A stretch of 64,000 nt of DNA from a bacterium. GTDB taxonomy: Bacteria; Bacteroidota; Bacteroidia; UKL13-3. The stretch covers positions 8,412-72,411 of the forward strand of contig JAWXAZ010000121.1 of assembly GCA_034439755.1 (NCBI GenBank), read 5' to 3'. Every line of letters begins with the position of its first letter. Within the stretch, counting starts at the first letter, position 1. The position numbers and the translations under genes were made by a program. Shown piece after piece: positions 19,853 to 29,918 of the stretch. The notes under the pieces are model-generated. The model was not told the DNA's origin. It saw nothing but the letters and a program-made list of their open reading frames with translations, and searched no databases.

Positions 19853-21190
19853 ATGATGGAATATTTCATTGCCTATTGTTTTGTTTCTCTCCTCGGCTCC
19901 ATTATGTGGATTTACTATTTTATGTTAATCGATGTGTTTGAGCCAGAAAAATTAGGGCCACTTACTATCTCTTTTATCTTAGGTCTTGCCTCACCCTTTT
20001 TGTTATTCCCCGTTTATCCTTTGCTTAAAAACCTTGGCCTAGATGCCCAAGAAGAGCTGCAAAATGCGCTTGTAGAGAGTTTTCTAACAGCTGGCTTATT
20101 AGAAGAAGTCTTAAAGGCATTTACATTCTTTTGCTCCTTTCTTATTATTCGCAAAACACTTCATGAACCCATAGATTATTTGATTCATATTTGCCTCTGT
20201 GCTTTGGGGTTTTCGGCAACCGAAAACGTGATGTACTTTGTAGCAAACGGAGCCGAAATTATTGATTACAGATTTATATTTTCATCTTTCGGACATATTT
20301 TCGATAGCTCTATTTTTGCATATGGTGTTATTTATGGAATCTACAAAGCCAAAAAAAACACCCTGTTTTATGCAGTAAGCTTTATTCTACTAGCGGCTAT
20401 TTTTCATGGCATTTTCGACTTTCTACTCATTTATAAATTTACTGGAAATATCCTTGTTTTTGCAATTTACTTTTTCTTTACTGTTTCAATTTTTAGTGTA
20501 ACACTCAATAACGCACTCAACAATTCGAGCTTGTTCACTTATAAAAGACTAATTTTTCCTGATCCAATTTTTTTGCGTATGATGGTGTTCTATGCTGCCC
20601 TTCTAACTATTAAAACAATCATCTTAGGGTTTCAAGTTTCATTTATGTATGCCCTAAAAAACCTTTACGGGAGTGTTCTTATTTCATTGCCTATTGTACT
20701 AATTGTCTTCCAAAGAATTTCTCGCTTTACCTTAATTAAAGACCATTGGATGGATTTTTCACTTGAGCTTCCTTTTACCAGCATTACTTATTTTTCGCAA
20801 ACAGGTGTAGCCAACAAAATAGTTGTAAAAGGTCACGGACAAACAGAAACAGTTGTTGGCTCATTTCTTGGAACAAACAACATGCTATGCTCCGTTTCTG
20901 AACGAAACGCCTGGTTTGATGAAACGCCCCAAGTTAAAATTAGCCACAAACTATTCTTGGAAAACTACAACATCTTTTACCGCATAAACTTACTTGATGA
21001 AAGTCTAGATGAAACCAATTACTTTATTAAAGCAAAAATCTTTGGCAATACAAACATAAATAACCAATACCCAATTGTGGCCTTGCTATCTTCTAAAGAA
21101 AAGGATGCCAAAAAACAAGACTTAAATAATTTCGACGACTTTGATTTCCTGTGTTGGTGTTATTTAAAACCAACAAAAACACTTATTTAA
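19853..21190 (+). CDS. PrsW-family intramembrane metalloprotease homologue with about 200-aa C-terminal extension
   Basis: Multi-TM protein with PrsW motifs EExxK (EEVLKAF), FxxxE-N (FSATENV) and HxxxD (HGIFDF). Confidence 0.5.
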   Translation: MMEYFIAYCFVSLLGSIMWIYYFMLIDVFEPEKLGPLTISFILGLASPFLLFPVYPLLKNLGLDAQEELQNALVESFLTAGLLEEVLKAFTFFCSFLIIRKTLHEPIDYLIHICLCALGFSATENVMYFVANGAEIIDYRFIFSSFGHIFDSSIFAYGVIYGIYKAKKNTLFYAVSFILLAAIFHGIFDFLLIYKFTGNILVFAIYFFFTVSIFSVTLNNALNNSSLFTYKRLIFPDPIFLRMMVFYAALLTIKTIILGFQVSFMYALKNLYGSVLISLPIVLIVFQRISRFTLIKDHWMDFSLELPFTSITYFSQTGVANKIVVKGHGQTETVVGSFLGTNNMLCSVSERNAWFDETPQVKISHKLFLENYNIFYRINLLDESLDETNYFIKAKIFGNTNINNQYPIVALLSSKEKDAKKQDLNNFDDFDFLCWCYLKPTKTLI

Positions 21191-23312
21191 CTGCGCTACC
21201 CGGTTCAATATCTCGCTCTGGCGCCACATTGAATAGTTTGCCAAAATCATTACCTGCCATCAAAAGCATACCCTGACTTTCAATGCCACGAATTTTTCTA
21301 GGTGCTAAATTGGCTACCACGGTTACCAATTTTCCCAATAAATCTTCGGGTTTATAATATTCGGCAATGCCGCTTAAAATAGTGCGTTGCTCAAATCCTA
21401 AATCAACCGTTAGGTTCAACAATTTATCTGCCTTGGGTACTTTAACCGCCGCAATTACCTTGCCTACGCGCAAGTCTAATTTCTCAAAATCTTCGTAGTT
21501 TATATTAGGCTTTAACTCATTTAACGCAGGTGCTAAAGGCTGCTCCAAATTTGCCTTTTTTATTTCTTCCAAACGCGTAAGTTGCTTGTTAATCTCCTCG
21601 TCTTCTACTTGCTTATACAATATGGCCGCCTTGCCCAATTGATGGCCTGAACCAATTATTTCTTCATCGAACAATTGATTCCAGCTTAAGTTGGATAGGT
21701 TTAACATCAATGAAAGATTCTGGGAGGTATGTGGCAAAAATGGCAAGGCCGCAATACTCAATTTAGCACAAATTTGAAGGGCATCAACCAAAATATGTTT
21801 CACACTTTCTTCATCGGTTTTTATGAGCTTCCATGGCTCTGTGTCGGCCAAAAACTTATTACCTGCTCTAGCTATATTTATAAATTCGGCTTGCGCATCG
21901 CGCAGTTTTATGGCTTCTAAATTTTCATTTAGGTTGGCAATGCTTTTCTTTACTTGATCAAAGCAAAGTGTGCGCGCCGCAATTAACCTATCATCGCTTA
22001 AACCGCCTGAAACGCTTGGGATCAAACCGCCATAATATTTATCACATAACACCAAAACACGGTTTACAAAATTGCCAAAGATGCTTACCAGTTCGCTGTT
22101 AACGCGTGTTTGGTAGTCTTTCCATGTAAATTCACTGTCCTTAGTTTCTGGTGCAATGCTGGTTAAAACATAACGCAACTCGTCTTGTCTGTTGGGAAAA
22201 TCTATCAAATACTCGTGCAACCAAACCGCCCAATTTCTAGAAGTAGAAATCTTATCTCCTTCTAAATTGAGAAACTCATTTGCTGGCACATTGGTAGGTA
22301 AAATAAAATTGCCGTGGGTCATCAACATCATAGGGAAAATGATGGCGTGAAAAACAATGTTATCCTTGCCAATAAAATGAACCAAAGAGGTTTCTTCATC
22401 TTGCCACCAATCTTCCCAAGTTAGGCCTTTGGCTTCGTTGTTCGCCGTAGCTTTGCGAAGGTGATTTGGCTGTTGGCCATTGGCCAATAAGGCTTCCTTG
22501 GTTGCGCTGATATAACCTATTGGCGCATCGAACCAAACATATAAAACTTTTCCTTCTGCGCCTTCTATGGGAACGGGTACACCCCAGTCCAAATCCCTTG
22601 TCATGGCCCTGCTTTGAAGGCCTTCTGTTAACCAACTATTGCATTGGCCTTTTATGTTCGACTTCCAATCGTCGAAGCGTTTTATATAATTTTGAAAGGC
22701 CTCTGTTTGCTGAATTTCTCCCATGGGTAAAAACCAGTTTTTGGTTTCACGCATTACGGGCACAGCACCACTTAAGGCCGATTTGGGGTTTATTAAATCG
22801 GTTGGACTTAAAGCTGTTCCGCATTTTTCGCACTGGTCGCCGTAAGCACCAGGGTTTCCACAACGCGGACAAGTTCCAGTGATGTACCTATCGGCCAAAA
22901 ACTGTTTGGCTTCCACATCGTAATATTGCTGGGTAATTTCTTCTTTAAAAACACCCTTATCATATAGGTTTCTGAAGAAATCTTGAGCCGTGGTTTTATG
23001 GGTTTGTGAGCTGGTTCTGCCGTAATATGAAAAGTCGATGCCAAAATCTTTGAAGGCATTTTTCATGATGCCATCATATTTATCTACCACCTGTTGCGGC
23101 GTAATGCCTTCTTTTTTAGCCTTAATGGTAATAGGCACGCCATGCTCATCGCTGCCACAAATAAACATCACCTCTTTACCAATGGCGCGTAAATATCTTA
23201 CATAAACATCGGCTGGTAAATAACAACCTGCAAGGTGACCAATATGCACCGGACCATTGGCATAAGGCAAGGCCGCAGTAACTAAATATCTTTTGAAATC
23301 TTTGCTTATCAT
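21183..23312 (-). CDS. metG: Methionyl-tRNA synthetase
   Basis: HIGH (PVHIGHLAG). KMSKS (KISTSRN). Zinc knuckle CPRCG…CEKCG. C-terminal EMAP/tRNA-binding domain. Start placed at internal ATG 23312 (MISKDFKRYLVTAALPYANG…). Confidence 0.9.
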   Translation of the reverse strand: MISKDFKRYLVTAALPYANGPVHIGHLAGCYLPADVYVRYLRAIGKEVMFICGSDEHGVPITIKAKKEGITPQQVVDKYDGIMKNAFKDFGIDFSYYGRTSSQTHKTTAQDFFRNLYDKGVFKEEITQQYYDVEAKQFLADRYITGTCPRCGNPGAYGDQCEKCGTALSPTDLINPKSALSGAVPVMRETKNWFLPMGEIQQTEAFQNYIKRFDDWKSNIKGQCNSWLTEGLQSRAMTRDLDWGVPVPIEGAEGKVLYVWFDAPIGYISATKEALLANGQQPNHLRKATANNEAKGLTWEDWWQDEETSLVHFIGKDNIVFHAIIFPMMLMTHGNFILPTNVPANEFLNLEGDKISTSRNWAVWLHEYLIDFPNRQDELRYVLTSIAPETKDSEFTWKDYQTRVNSELVSIFGNFVNRVLVLCDKYYGGLIPSVSGGLSDDRLIAARTLCFDQVKKSIANLNENLEAIKLRDAQAEFINIARAGNKFLADTEPWKLIKTDEESVKHILVDALQICAKLSIAALPFLPHTSQNLSLMLNLSNLSWNQLFDEEIIGSGHQLGKAAILYKQVEDEEINKQLTRLEEIKKANLEQPLAPALNELKPNINYEDFEKLDLRVGKVIAAVKVPKADKLLNLTVDLGFEQRTILSGIAEYYKPEDLLGKLVTVVANLAPRKIRGIESQGMLLMAGNDFGKLFNVAPERDIEPGSAVK

Positions 23313-23454
23313 AAAGGATACAAATGTAATAGATAGCGGCAGAAGAATAGCAATGGAACATACAATTTTGAAATAGCAGAATAGTGCTAAAAAGAAATAA
23401 CCAAAGACAGCCAAAGAAGTACCAATATTATCTAGCTAATAGCATTACTTAAAT

Positions 23455-23580
23455 TAGCCCAAAGGGCAATTTGAGTTTATTATGGAAAATGCCAAATGAC
23501 AAGATGTTTAGCCAAAATACTTTTGGACTATTACATATTGCGTATCGGTATAATTATTAAAAAGCAGCTTGTGGCAATAA
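23455..23580. repeat. Conserved intergenic element, family A, copy 1 (about 125 bp). The core is TTTGGACTATTACATATTGCGTATCGGTATAA.
   Basis: About 80% identical over about 110 bp to 49020-49130 (copy 2). Lies between divergent metG and the SPFH gene. Confidence 0.6.
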
Positions 23581-23674
23581 GCAAAGCAAAAAAAATTGTG
23601 TAAAATTTTCTTTTTTACTTGTTTATGTGAAAAAAATAAAAATATCTTTGTGATATCATTTTAATATCAAAAAC

Positions 23675-24526
23675 ATGAAACAAGAAAACACCATTAAACC
23701 AAGCGGAGGGTTTTTAGCCTTAGCCATGCTTTTTATCATGCTAATAGGAGCAGCCGCGTTTATTCCGTTTTTTTTACCCGCCACCTTTGTGTTGGGTTTT
23801 TTAGCCTTTATGATGTCGCCAGGGTTCTTTATCAACAACCCAAATGAATCTACCTTACTGGTGCTTTTTGGAGAATACAAAGGTTCTGCCAAGGAAGATG
23901 GTTTTTTCTGGGTGAACCCATTTTTCACGAAGACAAAAATCTCCTTGCGTGCCAAAAATTTAGATAGTCAGCCCATCAAGGTTAACGACAAACTGGGCAA
24001 TCCAATTATGATTGGAATTGTTTTGGTTTGGCGTGTGGCCGATACTTTTAAGGCCGCGTTTGAGGTAAACAACTATGAGAGTTTTGTAAAAATACAAAGT
24101 GAGGCTGCCATTCGCAAATTAGCAGGCACTTATCCCTACGATACTTTTGACGATGAACAAGCGGAAATTTCATTGCGTTCTGGTAACAACGAAGTGCACG
24201 AAGAACTGATGAAGGAATTAACAGAGCGTTTGTCTATTGCAGGAATAGAGGTAATGGAAGCACGCATTAGCAACTTGGCTTATGCGCAAGAAATTGCGGG
24301 CGCCATGCTTCAAAGACAACAAGCCACAGCCATTGTAGCTGCAAGAACTAAGATTGTTGAAGGTGCTGTTGGCATGGTTGAACTTGCTTTGAATGCCTTG
24401 TCTAAAAAACAAATTATTGAGCTAGACGACGATAAAAAAGCCGCTATGGTCACCAACCTTATGGTAGTGCTTTGTAGCGACAAAGCAGCCAATCCAGTTA
24501 TCAATACCGGAACCTTAAATAACTAA
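23675..24526 (+). CDS. SPFH/band-7 (stomatin/prohibitin-like) domain membrane protein
   Basis: N-terminal TM helices followed by SPFH-like core (…IKVNDKLGNPIMIGIVLVWRVADTFKAAFEVNNYESF…). Confidence 0.55.
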   Translation: MKQENTIKPSGGFLALAMLFIMLIGAAAFIPFFLPATFVLGFLAFMMSPGFFINNPNESTLLVLFGEYKGSAKEDGFFWVNPFFTKTKISLRAKNLDSQPIKVNDKLGNPIMIGIVLVWRVADTFKAAFEVNNYESFVKIQSEAAIRKLAGTYPYDTFDDEQAEISLRSGNNEVHEELMKELTERLSIAGIEVMEARISNLAYAQEIAGAMLQRQQATAIVAARTKIVEGAVGMVELALNALSKKQIIELDDDKKAAMVTNLMVVLCSDKAANPVINTGTLNN

Positions 24527-24528
24527 AC

Positions 24529-25029
24529 ATGGAAAGCTATTACGAACAACAAAAATTCAATAAATGGTATATTTGGGTGGTATTATCCATTCCTTTCATC
24601 ATTTTCTTATTTGGCGCTATAACAGGAAAAATGCAGGGCGAGGAACAACACTCCATGCTTATTGCCAATGTAATTGTTGCTTTTGTTTTCGTATTATTCA
24701 TTTTCACCAAACTCGAAACGAGAATAGACGAATTGGGCATCACCATTCGTTTCTTCCCGTTTCAAAGAGTATATTACTATGTTAAATGGGAAGATGTAGA
24801 AAGTTGCAGCGTAAGAACCTACAAGCCACTTCGCGAGTATGGTGGTTGGGGCTTAAGGTATAGCTTTAAAAATGGCAAGGCCTATAACGTTGCCGGAACA
24901 AAAGGCCTCCAATTGGTGCTAAAAAGTGGCAACAAATTTTTAATTGGCACGCAAAACAACAAAGAATTAAGTAGCTTTTTGGATCAGCTTAAAACAAAAC
25001 ACGGCATTACGGCTATTGAAGTTGGGTAA
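24529..25029 (+). CDS. Membrane-anchored bacterial PH (bPH)-like domain protein
   Basis: Two N-terminal TM helices then a soluble domain. Starts 2 nt after the SPFH stop. Confidence 0.4.
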   Translation: MESYYEQQKFNKWYIWVVLSIPFIIFLFGAITGKMQGEEQHSMLIANVIVAFVFVLFIFTKLETRIDELGITIRFFPFQRVYYYVKWEDVESCSVRTYKPLREYGGWGLRYSFKNGKAYNVAGTKGLQLVLKSGNKFLIGTQNNKELSSFLDQLKTKHGITAIEVG

Positions 25030-25031
25030 TT

Positions 25032-25199
25032 ATGGTAGATAAGGAAAAAAAACCTTTTGCTTTGCGGCTAAACAAGGAAACCATGGAGGCCATTGAAAAA
25101 TGGGCGTCCGACGAGTTTAGAAGCACCAATGGGCAATTAGAATGGATGCTCACCAAAGCGCTAAAAGACGCTGGGAGGCTAAAGCAAAAAAAGAATTAA
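25032..25199 (+). CDS. Arc/MetJ-type ribbon-helix-helix DNA-binding protein (55 aa). Not in the ORF track because under 60 aa.
   Basis: Hand translation MVDKEKKPFALRLNKETMEAIEKWASDEFRSTNGQLEWMLTKALKDAGRLKQKKN. Beta-strand (FALRL) plus two helices, with an RS-N…LEW pattern typical of Arc-family RHH. Starts 2 nt after the bPH stop. Confidence 0.5.
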   Translation: MVDKEKKPFALRLNKETMEAIEKWASDEFRSTNGQLEWMLTKALKDAGRLKQKKN

Positions 25200-25201
25200 A
25201 A

Positions 25202-26434
25202 CTACAATTCGGCCGCTGCTGCTTTGCCAGCAATAAAGCCTGTTGTCCAAGCTGCTTGAAAATTAAAACCGCCTGTAATGCCATCAATATCCAATACTTC
25301 TCCTGCAAAATACAAGCCTTTTATCCGCTTACTCTCCATACCTTTAAAATCTACATCGTCTAGGTTCAGACCGCCACAAGTAACAAACTCTTCTTTAAAG
25401 GTTGTTTTGCCTTTTACCTGGTAGGTATCATATAATAAACATTGAATAATTAAGTTTACCGATTCCTTGCTCACCTCTCCCCACGTAGCATTTTCTGCAA
25501 TTCCTGCCTTGTCTAACAAATAAGCATTTAACCGCTTAGGCAAGGTAAATGGAAAAAGATTAGCCATTTGCTTGGCCGGATTAGCTGCCTTTAAATTAAA
25601 TAATTCTTGGCGCACAGAATCTTCCTTTTTATTGTCGAGCCAAGAAACTTGCACGTCAAATTCGTAATTTTTTTCAGACAAAATTCTTGCACCCACAGAA
25701 GAAGTACGCAATACAACTGGGCCGCTTAAGCCCCAATGGGTAATCAATAATGGACCATTGCATTCTAATTTCGTGTTCAAAATTCTAACCCTTGCACTTG
25801 GCACCGAAATGCCTTGCAATTCAATCAATGGATCGTTTGGAATATTAAAGGTAAACAAACTAGGTACCGGCGCTTCAATTCTATGTCCAAGATCCTTTAG
25901 CCAATTCAAGCCATCCTCTTTTGGACTGCCGCCCGAGGCCACAATAACTTTATGACAAAAAACTTTCTCCCCACTGTCCAACAACAAATCAAATCCACCA
26001 TGAAAATTCGGTGTAATTTTTTTAATGCCCTTTTCAAGCTCAATTTTTACCTTGCACTTCTTTATTTCCTTTTCTAAACAATCGATTATGGTTTGCGAAT
26101 CATCCGAAACGGGAAACATTCTACCATCCTTTTCGGTCTTTAACTTAACTTTTCTGGTCTCAAACCATTCAATAGTATCTTTCGGGCTGAACCGAGCGAA
26201 TGCGCTTTTTAACTGTTTTTCTCCCCTTGGGTAACTAAGCGATAATTGTTTAAGGTCAAAACAAGCATGCGTAACATTGCATCTGCCACCACCAGAAACT
26301 TTTACCTTTTGTAAAACCTTACTAGATTTTTCGTAGAGGACAACCTCTGCGTTTTTATTCGTTTGAGCACATTGAATAGCAGAAAAATATCCTGCAGCGC
26401 CCCCTCCAATAATCACTACTTTATGTAACACCAC
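25202..26434 (-). CDS. HI0933/BaiN-family NAD(P)/FAD-dependent oxidoreductase
   Basis: N-terminal Rossmann VVIIGGGAAGYFSA. HI0933-like internal and C-terminal motifs (…GRMFP…; GLYFAGEVLDIDGITGG). Confidence 0.8.
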   Translation of the reverse strand: MVLHKVVIIGGGAAGYFSAIQCAQTNKNAEVVLYEKSSKVLQKVKVSGGGRCNVTHACFDLKQLSLSYPRGEKQLKSAFARFSPKDTIEWFETRKVKLKTEKDGRMFPVSDDSQTIIDCLEKEIKKCKVKIELEKGIKKITPNFHGGFDLLLDSGEKVFCHKVIVASGGSPKEDGLNWLKDLGHRIEAPVPSLFTFNIPNDPLIELQGISVPSARVRILNTKLECNGPLLITHWGLSGPVVLRTSSVGARILSEKNYEFDVQVSWLDNKKEDSVRQELFNLKAANPAKQMANLFPFTLPKRLNAYLLDKAGIAENATWGEVSKESVNLIIQCLLYDTYQVKGKTTFKEEFVTCGGLNLDDVDFKGMESKRIKGLYFAGEVLDIDGITGGFNFQAAWTTGFIAGKAAAAEL

Positions 26435-26635
26435 GCTATTCTCCTAATTTTAACCTCAGCAAAAATAAGTAGATATAGCCATATTTCCTGATAATTATGC
26501 GAAAGAGGCGCAAATTGGCCGCTTTTAAAAACTAAAAAAACTCTTAAACTTCTCTTAAGATAGTTGTTTGTTGGTTTGCTAAAATCATTTATGTTTGCCA
26601 TTTAGCGTTAAACCCTCAAAAATCACATACAGAGA

Positions 26636-29600
26636 ATGAGTAAATACAATCAAATTAACAGTGTGCTGGGATGGCTTTTATTTGCCATTTCGCTGGTTAC
26701 CTACACACTTACCCTTGAACCAACAGTTAGTTTTTGGGATTGCGGCGAGTTTATTTCCGCTTCTTATCGCCTTCAAATTTGTCACCCGCCTGGGGCGCCA
26801 CTCTTTCTTATGATCGGAAGAGTCTTTAGTTTAATGGCATCAGACCCAAGCAAAGTGGCATTTTGGGTAAACATGGTTTCTGCCTTAACAAGTGCATTAA
26901 CCGTTATGTTTATGTTTTGGACTATTACCCATTTGGCTAAAAAAATATTGGCAAAAGTTGGTCAGGAGTTGGAAGTATGGCAAACCATTGCCATTATGGG
27001 AGCAGGTGCCGTTGGTGCTTTAACCTTAACCTTTTCTGATACCTTTTGGTTTTCGGCTGTGGAAGCAGAGGTGTATGCCTCTTCTAGTTTCTTTACAACC
27101 TTAACATTTTGGTGCATTCTTAAATGGGAAAACATTGCCAATGAAAAGCATTCTAACCGTTGGTTAGTCTTAATTGCCTACCTAATTGGCTTGGCAATTG
27201 GCGTCCATTTATTGAATTTGTTGGTTATACCTGCTATTGTTTATGTGTACTACTTTAAGAAATATACGCCAACCCGCAATGGCTTTTTAGGCGCATCTGC
27301 CATTGCAATTCTAACCATTGGCGTAGTTCAATTTGGCATCATACCTGGCTTACCAGGCATTGCTACTAAACTAGATTACTTTGCAGTTAATACCCTTGGA
27401 TTAAACTTTAACTCGGGCGCTTTAATCATGATTTTCTTGTTAATCACGGTTCTTGCTTCTTTCATTCATTATACGCATTCAGAAAGCAAAACAAGCCTGT
27501 ATGTTGCCATTGGCTCCTACGCCATGCTTGCAATGAGCACCTTTTTTGTAAACAGTAGCTTAAGCGGCGTTATTTCTTGGGCTATCATTACCGGTATTCT
27601 TTACTTTTTTATCTTCTACCGCAAAGCGGCAATGGATGTGGTAAACTTAGTGGTATTGTGTTTCTCTTTTGTGGTAATTGGCTACTCTTCTTATTCCATG
27701 ATTATCATTCGCTCGTTGGCCAACCCGCCAATTGACATGAACGACCCAGAACAACCTTTTTCTTTGCTTAGCTATTTAAACCGCGAACAATATGGCGAAA
27801 ACCCTCTTGTTTATGGTCAATATTTCTACGCAAAAGTAATCGACTATAAAAAAGGTGCCTATCAATATGCAAAAGGCGATAATGGAAAATATGTAGAAGT
27901 TGGACAAAAAATTGAACGCATTTACGATCCAAAAGATTGCACCATTTTCCCTCGGATGTGGGCAGATAGAGCAGATTATGTGAACGCCTACAGAACTTGG
28001 GAGAAAATTCCTGAAGGCAAACGCGCTAACATGGGCAAGAACATCGACTTCTTGTTGAGCTATCAGCTAGGCTTTATGTATTGGCGATATTTCTTCTGGA
28101 ACTTTATTGGAAGGCAAAATGATTTGCAGGGTTATGGCGATGTTACCAATGGCAACTGGATAAGTGGAATAGGTTTTATAGACGATTGGCGCCTTGGCCC
28201 TCAAAGCACCATGCCCGATGCCATGAAAAGTAACAAGGCAAAAAACACCTACTTCTTCTTGCCTTTAATTCTTGGAATAATTGGTTTGATATACCATTTC
28301 AAGAAAGCCAAAGAAGATGCTACTGTTGTAATGACCTTGTTCTTATTTACCGGATTTTTCATTATCCTTTATTTGAACTTCCCGGCGCATCAGCCACGTG
28401 AGCGCGACTATGCCTATGTGGGTTCATACCAAACCTTTATCATTTGGATTGGATTGGGCGTTTTGGCAATTGTAGATTGGCTGTCTAAGAAAATAAATAA
28501 AACCACTGCAGCGGCCGGCGCAACCATCATTTCACTGGCAGCAGTGCCTATTCTTATGGGCTTTCAAAACTGGGACGATCACGACAGAAGCAACCGTTTT
28601 ACCGCGTTACATTTTGCAGAAAACTACTTAAATTCTTGCGAAAAAGATGCCATCCTTTTCACAAATGGCGATAATGATACCTATCCATTGTGGTATGCGC
28701 AAAACGTAGAAAACATTAGAAGTGATGTGCGCGTAATTAACATGAGTTTGCTAAATACAGATTGGTATGCAGACGGTTTAAAGCGCCAAGCATACGATAG
28801 TAAACCAGTAGATTTCTCTATGCGTTCAGATCAATACAAGCAAGGAAAAAGAGACTATGTAGTTTATTATGAAAACCCTGAGTTAGAAAGAAGGTATGGC
28901 ATTAATAAAAACGATTACTATCCATTAAAAAATGTAATTGCCTTTATTAACGACGACAAAGACCCAATGGGGAATGTGCAAACACAAGGTGGAGAGGCTT
29001 TACGCTATTATCCTACCAAGCGTTTTAGCATTATTGTAGACCGCGAAGCTTGTTTAAAAAATGGGGTAGTAAAAGCAAAAGATGCTCCTTATATGCTCGA
29101 TTCAATTAAGTGGGAAATTGGTAACAACAACCTCATGAAAGCAGATTTGATCCTGTTAGACATCATTTCTTCTAATATCAATACGCGCCCTATTTATTGG
29201 GCAATAACTACCGGCTCAGATGTGTACATGAACCTACAAGCTTACTTCCAATTAGAAGGACTTACCTATAGATTGGTTCCTATTTCAAACAATATACAAA
29301 GAGATGGAACCACCGGAAGAATAAATACCGACATCCTTTGGACCAACCTAATGGAGAAATTCAAATGGGGAAATATGGGCGAAGAAAAAGTTTATTTAGA
29401 CGAAACTATTTTAAGGCAAACAAAGAACTTTAGAAACATCTTCTATCGCCTAGCCGAGACATTGGTGTTGGAAGGCAAAAAAGATTCGGCCATTAAAGCC
29501 ATCGACTACTGTTTACAAGTGATTCCAAACAACAAAGTTCAATACGATGTGTTTGTGGTTAGGTTAATTGAAGGCTATTACCAAGCTGGTGCACCAGAAA

Positions 29601-29815
29601 AAGCAAACAACCTTGCTAAAGAACTCATGAAAATACACGACGATAAAGCGCGTTATTTTATGAGCTTTAAGAGCAAGCGCAATGCTGTTAAAACAGACAT
29701 CGAAGACAATATCCAAATCATGAACTATATACAACAAGTGGTAAAGGGATACGGTCAAGATGCCTTGTCGAGTGAGTTTGAAAAACAAGTTACTGCCGCA
29801 CAAACTGGCATGTAA
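26636..29815 (+). CDS. Large DUF2723/GT39-like polytopic membrane protein with C-terminal TPR-like region
   Basis: At least 12 TM helices in the N-terminal 650 aa and a soluble C-terminal part. Typical Bacteroidota architecture. Confidence 0.55.
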   Translation: MSKYNQINSVLGWLLFAISLVTYTLTLEPTVSFWDCGEFISASYRLQICHPPGAPLFLMIGRVFSLMASDPSKVAFWVNMVSALTSALTVMFMFWTITHLAKKILAKVGQELEVWQTIAIMGAGAVGALTLTFSDTFWFSAVEAEVYASSSFFTTLTFWCILKWENIANEKHSNRWLVLIAYLIGLAIGVHLLNLLVIPAIVYVYYFKKYTPTRNGFLGASAIAILTIGVVQFGIIPGLPGIATKLDYFAVNTLGLNFNSGALIMIFLLITVLASFIHYTHSESKTSLYVAIGSYAMLAMSTFFVNSSLSGVISWAIITGILYFFIFYRKAAMDVVNLVVLCFSFVVIGYSSYSMIIIRSLANPPIDMNDPEQPFSLLSYLNREQYGENPLVYGQYFYAKVIDYKKGAYQYAKGDNGKYVEVGQKIERIYDPKDCTIFPRMWADRADYVNAYRTWEKIPEGKRANMGKNIDFLLSYQLGFMYWRYFFWNFIGRQNDLQGYGDVTNGNWISGIGFIDDWRLGPQSTMPDAMKSNKAKNTYFFLPLILGIIGLIYHFKKAKEDATVVMTLFLFTGFFIILYLNFPAHQPRERDYAYVGSYQTFIIWIGLGVLAIVDWLSKKINKTTAAAGATIISLAAVPILMGFQNWDDHDRSNRFTALHFAENYLNSCEKDAILFTNGDNDTYPLWYAQNVENIRSDVRVINMSLLNTDWYADGLKRQAYDSKPVDFSMRSDQYKQGKRDYVVYYENPELERRYGINKNDYYPLKNVIAFINDDKDPMGNVQTQGGEALRYYPTKRFSIIVDREACLKNGVVKAKDAPYMLDSIKWEIGNNNLMKADLILLDIISSNINTRPIYWAITTGSDVYMNLQAYFQLEGLTYRLVPISNNIQRDGTTGRINTDILWTNLMEKFKWGNMGEEKVYLDETILRQTKNFRNIFYRLAETLVLEGKKDSAIKAIDYCLQVIPNNKVQYDVFVVRLIEGYYQAGAPEKANNLAKELMKIHDDKARYFMSFKSKRNAVKTDIEDNIQIMNYIQQVVKGYGQDALSSEFEKQVTAAQTGM

Positions 29816-29859
29816 TACCAAACGGCAATCGGTGTAATTTAATCTTCTATTATGCTATA

Positions 29860-29899
29860 AAGCAAAAAAGCTGCGCTAATGGGCAGCTTTTTTGTTTTA
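29860..29899 (+). terminator. Rho-independent terminator
   Basis: AAAAAGCTGC-GCTAATGG-GCAGCTTTTT stem-loop followed by a T-run. Confidence 0.65.
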
Positions 29900-29918
29900 T
29901 TTGCACCACAATTACAAC

